Source: Ferroglobus placidus DSM 10642 (lineage in GTDB: Archaea > Halobacteriota > Archaeoglobi > Archaeoglobales > Archaeoglobaceae). Taken from it: a stretch of DNA of 32,000 bases. The stretch spans positions 900,001-932,000 of the forward strand of contig NC_013849.1 in NCBI RefSeq assembly GCF_000025505.1. The letters run 5' to 3'. A model generated the notes under the pieces. It was not told the origin of the DNA, ran no database searches, and was given only the letters and a program-made list of their open reading frames with translations. Shown piece after piece: positions 24,982 through 31,242 of this stretch. Both the position numbers and the translations under genes were made by a program. The number at the start of each line of letters is the position of its first letter. Position 1 is the first letter of the stretch.

Positions 24982-25016
24982 TAAATTTAGTTCTCGAAAA
25001 GAAAGATAACGTTTTC

Positions 25017-25322
25017 TCAAATCTTCTTCATTTTCTTGCAGAACCTCTTGTACCACTCAAAGCCCTTTTCATCGACGATGTGTATCTCGAAAGGGTGCTG
25101 ATAGCCGAATTCCCTGTAAACCTCCGATATTACGGCAGATCTCTTCTCAACGGGAACTTTCTTCGAATAAACGAGGACGTCAACATCCGATGACGGCAAG
25201 CTCTTTCCTTCGACATAAGAGCCAAACAGGTAGACTTCCACAGCACCGAGATGTTTTTCGGCTATTTCTTTAATTCTTTTAAGATATAAATCGAGATTTT
25301 CGATGTAATCTCTACGCCTCAT
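25017..25322 (-). CDS. Minimal nucleotidyltransferase (MNT), pair B
   Basis: 101 aa. 'VYLFGSYVEGKSLPSSDVDVLVY'. 4-nt overlap with the upstream truncated HEPN ORF. Confidence 0.85.
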   Translation of the reverse strand: MRRRDYIENLDLYLKRIKEIAEKHLGAVEVYLFGSYVEGKSLPSSDVDVLVYSKKVPVEKRSAVISEVYREFGYQHPFEIHIVDEKGFEWYKRFCKKMKKI

Positions 25323-25561
25323 AACCGAGCAGTTCCACTTTTATTGTACTCTTCTGAGAGATTGCCGAGGAGCTTTATCAAATCATGGGTTCTCGGAAAT
25401 TCTCCGATCAACTCAAGAAATTTCGCTTTGATATAAAGCTGTGCCGCCTGCTCAACGCAGAACATTGCAAGATCGTAACGCCCTTTTTCGAAGTTAAACT
25501 TCGCCATTTCTTCAAACCCCTTCGCTTTCTCGATAAATTTCTCAACTTCCTCTTTTTTCAC
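25319..25561 (-). CDS. Truncated HEPN domain protein, pair B (N-terminal half only)
   Basis: 80 aa with a GTG start. It aligns with the first ~80 residues of the pair-A HEPN ('YDLAMFCVEQAAQLYIKAKF...PRTHDLIKLL'). It stops before the '...Y-x3-RY-P' C-terminal helix region. Confidence 0.65.
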   Translation of the reverse strand: MKKEEVEKFIEKAKGFEEMAKFNFEKGRYDLAMFCVEQAAQLYIKAKFLELIGEFPRTHDLIKLLGNLSEEYNKSGTARL

Positions 25562-25603
25562 GCAAAATGTTCGACTAATGAGATTAAAAGCTTTTTAGCG
25601 AGC

Positions 25604-25894
25604 TCAAACGATTCTCACCATCTTTTCTTTTTTAAAGTGCGATGGAAACTTCTTCGCGACAATTATATGAGGAGACAAACCGAGGTTCAAAATTTCGTCG
25701 ATCTCTTCCTTCAAAATTGAGAAGACATCGACATCTTCTTTTGAAATCACAAGAAGGTCAAAATCCGATTCGAAGGGAATTGCGCAGCTTTCCACTATAG
25801 AACCAAAGATGTATACTTCAGCTTTATTTTTCAACTTTTTCCGTATTTTTTTAATTACGTTATCCACGTCCTTCAACCCGAGGGTTTTTATCAT
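25604..25894 (-). CDS. Minimal nucleotidyltransferase (MNT), pair C
   Basis: 96 aa. 'VYIFGSIVESCAIPFESDFDLLVIS'. 4-nt overlap with the upstream HEPN gene. Confidence 0.8.
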   Translation of the reverse strand: MIKTLGLKDVDNVIKKIRKKLKNKAEVYIFGSIVESCAIPFESDFDLLVISKEDVDVFSILKEEIDEILNLGLSPHIIVAKKFPSHFKKEKMVRIV

Positions 25895-26253
25895 CTTTCG
25901 ACAGCTCCGAGGAGTTTTTTATATATCTCTTCAACAAGAGCTAAATCCTCTTCTTTCAAAGCTGAGATCACACCATAATCGCCGTTTTCCCTCAGGCTCT
26001 GTATTCGAGATATGCTTTTAACGATTTCTTCATTTATCCCAAGCATTTCCCTATTTTGCCAGAGTTTCGCTACTAAACCAGAGTGTGTTTTCGGTAGATC
26101 CAAGCCATTTTTTATCAGAAGAGCGTAACACAGATGAAGTATCGCATAATAACCTCTGGAAATCGCATCTTCATACAAACCTTTATCTTTCAGAATTTTA
26201 AAAGCTTCAAAAGACTTCTTCGCTCTCTGTAAATGAAGTTCGAATTCTTCCAT
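25891..26253 (-). CDS. HEPN domain protein, pair C (different subfamily)
   Basis: 120 aa. 'ISRGYYAILHLCYALLIKNGLDLPKTHSGL' and 'SLRENGDYG' fit the classic HEPN pattern. The TATA-like 'CTATATCTAT' sits ~25-32 nt upstream of the ATG. Confidence 0.8.
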   Translation of the reverse strand: MEEFELHLQRAKKSFEAFKILKDKGLYEDAISRGYYAILHLCYALLIKNGLDLPKTHSGLVAKLWQNREMLGINEEIVKSISRIQSLRENGDYGVISALKEEDLALVEEIYKKLLGAVER

Positions 26254-26760
26254 TAAGATGAAAAACAGCTTTAGGAATAGATATAGCTTGCTGTCGGAAT
26301 AAAGATCTGCAAACTCAACACGGACAGCTCGAATTCCAATTCTAAGCTTTCAATAGCTTTTTTCAGCCAGCGTTTCTCGTTTTATGAGCTTTCATCAGAA
26401 TTGACTCGTTTCTTTCGACATCTACAGCTGAGAAAACGTAGGACTTCTTTTTGTTCGCTTTACGATTTCGTCCAGTGCAATCAGATTCTTCCGCTCTCGT
26501 TCTGCGTTTTTCCCTTCTCCAATAGACTAAGAGAGCCTCAACCAGTCCTTCAGCACTTTATTAAAAGTCGAAATTTATCTTATGCGAATAAAGCTTACAT
26601 GTCTAACCACAGCCGAAATTCCCGTAAGAAATTGAAATCTGTTCTATAAACCGTTCCTGCTGTATTGTAATCACCTAAGGCTCAAGCTGACTGGGCTGTA
26701 AGGGATCAATTACTGAATATTTTAGAAAAGCTTAAGTAAACAAAGATTGGATTTGTAAAC

Positions 26761-27060
26761 ATGAGTATAATCTCCGTTAGACCTACTCCAGACTTAGAGA
26801 GGAAGATTAAGAAACTCATGGAGTTTGAGAAAACTGATAAATCGTCAATAGTTAGGAAAGCTCTGGAGAGAGGACTTAACGAGGAACTGAAGAGGTTAGC
26901 CCTAAGTCTATACATTGAGAGGAAAGTATCCCTGGCGAAAGCGGCTGAAATTGCAGAAGTGTCAATAAGAGACATGATAAAACTGATCAGAGAGAAGGGA
27001 GTTTCACTTAACATAACTATCGAAGACCTAAGAAAGGATTTTGAGGAGGCTATGAAATGA
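26761..27060 (+). CDS. RHH/UPF0175-like antitoxin
   Basis: 99 aa. N-terminal ribbon-helix-helix-like 'ISVRPTPDLERKIKKL...SSIVRKALERGL'. C-terminal 'VSLAKAAEIAEVSIRDMIKLIREKGV' is typical of UPF0175. 4-nt overlap with the downstream PIN-like gene. Confidence 0.7.
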   Translation: MSIISVRPTPDLERKIKKLMEFEKTDKSSIVRKALERGLNEELKRLALSLYIERKVSLAKAAEIAEVSIRDMIKLIREKGVSLNITIEDLRKDFEEAMK

Positions 27061-27557
27061 TTTACGTCTTTAACTCAATGCCTCTAATTTATTTGAGCAA
27101 AGTGAGTTTAAGCTGGATATTCGAAGAACTTGAAGGAGAGAAATTAATTCCAGAAACAGTCTACTACGAAGTAGTCGTTAAAGGAAAGGAGAAAGGTGAC
27201 GTGGATACTTTCATAGTTGACGAGCTAATACAAAAAGGCGTTTTTAAAGTTATTAAAGTCGAACCGATTAATTGGCTGAGAAGGATTGAGGAATTACATA
27301 AGGGCGAAATGGAGGTCCTGTCGTTAGCAAAAGAGAGAGACGGGATTGCGCTAACCGACGATAGCATAGCAAGGGAGGTAGGGGAGGCTTTAGGCGTAAA
27401 GGTTCACGGAACACTCTACTTAATATTCTCACTGATGAAGAGAGGTAGGATCGATAAGAGAACGGTTGTAGAGAAAGTCAACGAAATGATTAAGAGAGGT
27501 TTTAGATTAAGTCCAGAAGTTTACTCAGAGTTCCTGAGACTAATGAACAGCATTTGA
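27057..27557 (+). CDS. PIN-like (DUF3368/COG2405-type) nucleic-acid-binding toxin candidate
   Basis: 166 aa. 'HKGEMEVLSLAKERDGIALTDD...ALGVKVHGTLYLIFSLMKRGRI...GFRLSPEVYSEFL' matches my recollection of the DUF3368 pattern, which partners with UPF0175. Confidence 0.65.
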   Translation: MIYVFNSMPLIYLSKVSLSWIFEELEGEKLIPETVYYEVVVKGKEKGDVDTFIVDELIQKGVFKVIKVEPINWLRRIEELHKGEMEVLSLAKERDGIALTDDSIAREVGEALGVKVHGTLYLIFSLMKRGRIDKRTVVEKVNEMIKRGFRLSPEVYSEFLRLMNSI

Positions 27558-27823
27558 ATTCCAAACGTCTCCTTTTAGTGAGAATCTTCTCCGATACACC
27601 TTGCAAAAGTTGGGAAACTAAACCTGCTGAAGGATATTGGCCGTTAAGGACGGCTGGATATCAGTGCAGAAGAAAAATCGAAGAAATCGTGAAATGCGAG
27701 GCTGAGATAATCCCAAGTATTATCACATCGAGTTTGGGAGTCAAATCCTCCAGAACCTTTAGAGTACTTTATTTAGCTGCCAAAAAGGGTCTGATTTCAA
27801 AAAAGAACTCTGAATTACATTAG
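27554..27823 (+). pseudogene. Probable remnant of a second DUF3368/PIN-like gene
   Basis: 89-aa ORF with only a TTG start. Its C-terminal part 'KCEAEIIPSIITSSLGVKSSRTFRVLYLAAKKGLISKK' parallels 'KGEMEVLSLAKER...LGVKVHGTLYLIFSLMKRGRIDKR' of the neighbour, with an internal gap. The N-terminal half has no resemblance. Confidence 0.3.
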
Positions 27824-27831
27824 CCAGCTCG

Positions 27832-27853
27832 AAATAAAAAGAAAAAGAAAAAA
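27832..27853 (-). terminator. Oligo-T terminator after the surface-protein gene
   Basis: The minus strand reads TTTTTTCTTTTTCTTTTTATTT, starting ~10 nt after the stop (27863-27865). Confidence 0.6.
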
Positions 27854-27862
27854 TTTGGGGGT

Positions 27863-30800
27863 TTACTGTCTTCTTCTAAGTGCGTAGGCAACCGCTGCAA
27901 GTCCCGCTATTGCCAGGAACGCTTCGAACCCTGGCACTCCCTTCTTCTCTTCCTTAGTTGGTGTTGGCGTGGGTGTTTCTTTTGCTGGTGTTGGAGTTGG
28001 TGTTGGCGTCTTCACGGGTGTCTTTTCTGGTGTTGGTGTCGGAGTCGGGGTTGGAGTTGCGGTCGGTGTTGAAACTGGTGTTGCAGTTGGTGTCGGGGTT
28101 GGTGTTGGCGTGGGTGTTAGCTCTTCGACGATCTTGACTTCGATTGGTCCAACAAGCACATCGTCGTGGAACTTGAGGTCTTTAGCGAACCCTTCAGCGG
28201 GATCAAGATCGTAGTACGTGTTAAGCAGTGTTGCATCGTTGTCTTTTATCGTTCCAAGAGTGTCCCTAACGTAAACCTTTGCAGTGCCTAATGGCAGTCC
28301 GTATGTCTCAAAGACCGCTTCTGCACTACCATCTTCACCGATTGTAACTTGTTGTCTGTACACTTTCATTGGAGTCTTCAAGATGACGTAGATGTTACCG
28401 TAGCCCTCTTCTCTGTTCGTCTTAATCACGACCTTGAGCGGATCTCCCTTCTTAACTTCGCTTGGAACATCAACGCTTATTTCTGGGTTAACCACTTCAA
28501 CTGGAATTGTAACGCTACCATCTTCAACTTTCTCGTCGTCGGCAGTGTCTACTGTTCCCTTGGTGTAGTAAAGCTGAAGCTTCAACGTGTACATTCCCGT
28601 CGCTAAAGTCTTTCCTGGCTCTGATACCAAGACCTTGTTGTCTTCATCATAATACGGCAATAGTTCGATTTCAACAACTCCGTTCTCGTCTGGGTTACCT
28701 TCATCGATCTCTTTCGTCTTTATACCCTGACCGCTGAGCTTCCAAGCCAGTCTTACGATGTCGCTGCTTGGCGTATCGATCTTCACCTTGAACGTAACCT
28801 TCTGTCCCTTGATCATCGTTATGCTCTCTGGAACTTCAGCGAATGCCACATCTGTAACTGTTATCGACAAGATCTTTTGAGCATCGCTAACGGGATCGAT
28901 CTTGTCAGTTGATGCTGGAGCAAACACGTATACTAAGTACGTTCCCGTTTCAGCATCACTCTTAACAGCCAGCTCTGTTTCAAATGTGTTGTCGTCGACA
29001 TCCACAGACTTGGTTGGATAGTCCTCGATCATGAACTCTTTGTTCTCGAATGGCAATGCCGCAACCCCTTCGAACACGTTACCAGACTCGGCGTAGATGT
29101 ATACTGTCTCTACAGTGGTCGTTCCGTTAAGTTTAACTTTTCCTCCTTTGGCAACGACGTTCTTGTCAACAGTAACATCCAAGCTCTGTCTAACAACTTT
29201 TATCTTCACGGAGTCTTCTACCGTGTACTTGGCTGCCTCATACTTCGCTTTAACCTTGTAAGTTGAGAGAGCAGCATCCGGCTTAACCCTGAATTTGCTT
29301 GTCTTGAAGTTACCGTCACTATCTACATAGGCAATTACCGTTGCCGGTGCGTCGGAGAATTCATCGAGACCTGTTATTACTATCTCTTCTCCAGCTGGCA
29401 GGCTTGTTGTACCTTTGATCTCGAACTCCTCTCCTCTCGCGAAGGACAGCGTGTCCATTTTAATCTCAAGCAACGGCTTCTCAGCTGTTATTGTTACTCT
29501 CTCATCTTTGCTCGTGTATCCGTTGCTAACCTCTGCCACGATCTTGTAAGTTCCGGTGTCCCAGTCGAGTTTAAATTCAACTTCTTTGGAGAAAGTTCCG
29601 TCTTCGTTGATGTCAACCTCTACGGAATCGACCATATTCTCGGGTGTGACGGTATCTTTGTAGATCTTTATCGTAACCTTGTTGTCGCCATTCTTGTCGA
29701 AGTCGCTTCCGGTTTCAGCGACGTTCGTTGAACCCGAGATCTTAACTTTCTGCCCGAGTCTAACTGTGTCCTTGTCAGCGGTAACGGAAATCGTGGCTCC
29801 GACAATGTAGAACGTTACACTGTTGTCAGCATCTCCGCTAACGACCTTCAGCTTGTAAGCACCGGTCTGTCCACCGTTGTCAAGGATTTCCTGAGTGTCT
29901 ATAACCAGCTTGTACTTGTGATCGCTAACAGTGAAGACTTGGTCGTAGTACTTGTTAAATGCCGTCCAGTCGTATGGACCGGTCAAGTAGTACCTACCCT
30001 GGTCGGCTCCGTAAATCCTTATTTCGAATACTGCTAAGTCTCCCTTCACAATCTCAGCCGATGGGTTCTTTCTGATAATCTCAATTACAGGCTTTCCAGC
30101 CTCTTTCGGTCTAACTTTAACTACGTAGTCTCCCTTCGGAAGGACTTCGGCTCCTTTCTTCACTTCAGTATAGCTTGCTGCATCGTTCAGATCAAAGTCG
30201 TTTGTAGCTCCTCCATAGCTTGCAGAAACTCTTATCGTGTAATCCGAAGGCTTGAGGTTTAAGCCGACGGTATCAAGCGAGAAGTCTTTGTATCCGGTTA
30301 TGCTTTCAGTATACACAACATCTCCCGTCTTGAGATCAACGATCTTTACTGTAGCTTTGTCTGGAACATCTACCGTGAATTCGAGTTTGTCGCCATAGTC
30401 GATAGCTAACACGAAGTTGTCGGTGTCAACATCGACTGATTTGAGGGTGACTTCAATCGTAGCCGGTTCGTCAGTTCTGTCGACGAAGGTTACTGTTGCG
30501 CCAGTGTACTCGTAAGTTATTTCTTCAGTAGGTGTCGGTGTTGGTTGGGTTCCAGCTAACTGAACCACGACACTAGATTCTCCACTGATATCACTCACAC
30601 TTTGTCCTAAAGGCTCATAAGTCCCGCTAAATGTATATGTACCCTCTGCTTGAGGGGCTTGTACTACGTACGTTATCGTAAAACCATCGGCGCTTATATC
30701 AGTGACAGTGAATACCAATGTATTTCCACTCTGTTGTAATGTTATGTTGTCCGCTCCATTATAAGTCCAATTGACGAATGTGAAACCAGAAGGAACTGCT

Positions 30801-30973
30801 TCATTTATCTGCATACCTACCGCAGAGACAGTAGACACCAATGTCACTGTCACAGTTCCATTTGGCTGAACAATGTCTGGGTCTATAGATCTAGTAACTG
30901 TCTGTGCACTTGCAGTCACTGCCATTAATAGAACCGCCAATACGACTAATCCTACTTTCCATACCTTACCCAT
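27863..30973 (-). CDS. Large secreted PGF-CTERM surface protein (S-layer-glycoprotein-like; multiple Ig-like beta-sandwich repeats)
   Basis: The track ORF runs to GTG 31000 (1045 aa). I prefer the ATG at 30973 ('MGKVWKVGLVVLAVLLMAVTASA|QT'), preceded by AGGAGGT. It has a signal peptide with A-S-A. The body is long, beta-rich and acidic, with recurring 'G(T/A)Y.(V/L).V' strands. A 54-aa Thr/Pro linker precedes the C-terminal 'PGFEAFLAIAGLAAVAYALRRRQ' (PGF motif, TM helix and basic tail). Confidence 0.85.
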   Translation of the reverse strand: MGKVWKVGLVVLAVLLMAVTASAQTVTRSIDPDIVQPNGTVTVTLVSTVSAVGMQINEAVPSGFTFVNWTYNGADNITLQQSGNTLVFTVTDISADGFTITYVVQAPQAEGTYTFSGTYEPLGQSVSDISGESSVVVQLAGTQPTPTPTEEITYEYTGATVTFVDRTDEPATIEVTLKSVDVDTDNFVLAIDYGDKLEFTVDVPDKATVKIVDLKTGDVVYTESITGYKDFSLDTVGLNLKPSDYTIRVSASYGGATNDFDLNDAASYTEVKKGAEVLPKGDYVVKVRPKEAGKPVIEIIRKNPSAEIVKGDLAVFEIRIYGADQGRYYLTGPYDWTAFNKYYDQVFTVSDHKYKLVIDTQEILDNGGQTGAYKLKVVSGDADNSVTFYIVGATISVTADKDTVRLGQKVKISGSTNVAETGSDFDKNGDNKVTIKIYKDTVTPENMVDSVEVDINEDGTFSKEVEFKLDWDTGTYKIVAEVSNGYTSKDERVTITAEKPLLEIKMDTLSFARGEEFEIKGTTSLPAGEEIVITGLDEFSDAPATVIAYVDSDGNFKTSKFRVKPDAALSTYKVKAKYEAAKYTVEDSVKIKVVRQSLDVTVDKNVVAKGGKVKLNGTTTVETVYIYAESGNVFEGVAALPFENKEFMIEDYPTKSVDVDDNTFETELAVKSDAETGTYLVYVFAPASTDKIDPVSDAQKILSITVTDVAFAEVPESITMIKGQKVTFKVKIDTPSSDIVRLAWKLSGQGIKTKEIDEGNPDENGVVEIELLPYYDEDNKVLVSEPGKTLATGMYTLKLQLYYTKGTVDTADDEKVEDGSVTIPVEVVNPEISVDVPSEVKKGDPLKVVIKTNREEGYGNIYVILKTPMKVYRQQVTIGEDGSAEAVFETYGLPLGTAKVYVRDTLGTIKDNDATLLNTYYDLDPAEGFAKDLKFHDDVLVGPIEVKIVEELTPTPTPTPTPTATPVSTPTATPTPTPTPTPEKTPVKTPTPTPTPAKETPTPTPTKEEKKGVPGFEAFLAIAGLAAVAYALRRRQ
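27956..28117 (-). repeat. Thr/Pro linker-coding hexanucleotide-type repeat
   Basis: The plus strand reads (GGTGTT/GGAGTT/GGCGTN)n over ~160 nt. It encodes TPTPTPTPTPTATPVSTPTATPTPTPTPTPEKTPVKTPTPTPTPAKETPTPTPT. Confidence 0.85.
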
Positions 30974-31017
30974 ACTTTCTCTACCTCCTTTTTCACGCAC
31001 CTTTTCCTATCACGTCC

Positions 31018-31029
31018 TTATATATAAAA
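31018..31029 (-). promoter_or_regulatory. Strong TATA box upstream of the surface-protein gene
   Basis: Minus-strand 'TTTTATATATAA'. The predicted TSS near 30997-31000 gives either a ~24-nt leader carrying the SD for ATG 30973, or a leaderless GTG at 31000. Confidence 0.55.
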
Positions 31030-31225
31030 CCTCCTCTTCTGATGGCGACGAGGGGGAGTTCGGCAATCTGCCAACTACCCCCGCCGCCACCAAGTATTTA
31101 TAAAAGCATAAGCATATTTAAAGTTTTTGTTCTTGTCTAAGAGTGAAAGGCAGAGCGTTAGAGTACAAAACTACGATTCTACGCTATAAGGGTTATTTTC
31201 TAATTTTTAAAATACTAACTAGTAT

Positions 31226-31240
31226 TATAAAAAATAGAAA
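31226..31240 (-). terminator. Oligo-T tract after the PKD-protein gene
   Basis: The minus strand reads 'CTATTTTTTATAA' within ~15 nt of the stop codon (31243-31245). Confidence 0.45.
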
Positions 31241-31242
31241 AT

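Noticed and set aside
26363-26398. C/D-box sRNA-like signals on the minus strand (CTGATGA ... CTGA)
   Set aside because: The boxes are only ~25 nt apart, there are no internal D'/C' boxes and no terminal stem, and the first box has C instead of R. This is too weak for a C/D sRNA call.
26401-26649. 82-aa plus-strand ORF in the long spacer
   Set aside because: It starts at a non-ATG codon, lacks SD/TATA geometry, and has an odd composition (Arg/Ser/Cys/Phe-rich). I treat it as non-coding or decayed sequence and discuss it as a finding instead.
27956-28117. Possible CRISPR-like or tandem-repeat array
   Set aside because: The periodicity is 6 nt, with no spacer-sized unique units. It lies in frame inside a CDS and encodes a TP linker. 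No CRISPR-type repeat/spacer organisation was seen anywhere in the window.
31211-31226. AATACTA-ac-TAGTATT near-palindrome downstream of the PKD gene
   Set aside because: A 2-nt loop is too tight for an RNA hairpin. It sits in very AT-rich DNA where such palindromes arise easily, and no supporting context was found.
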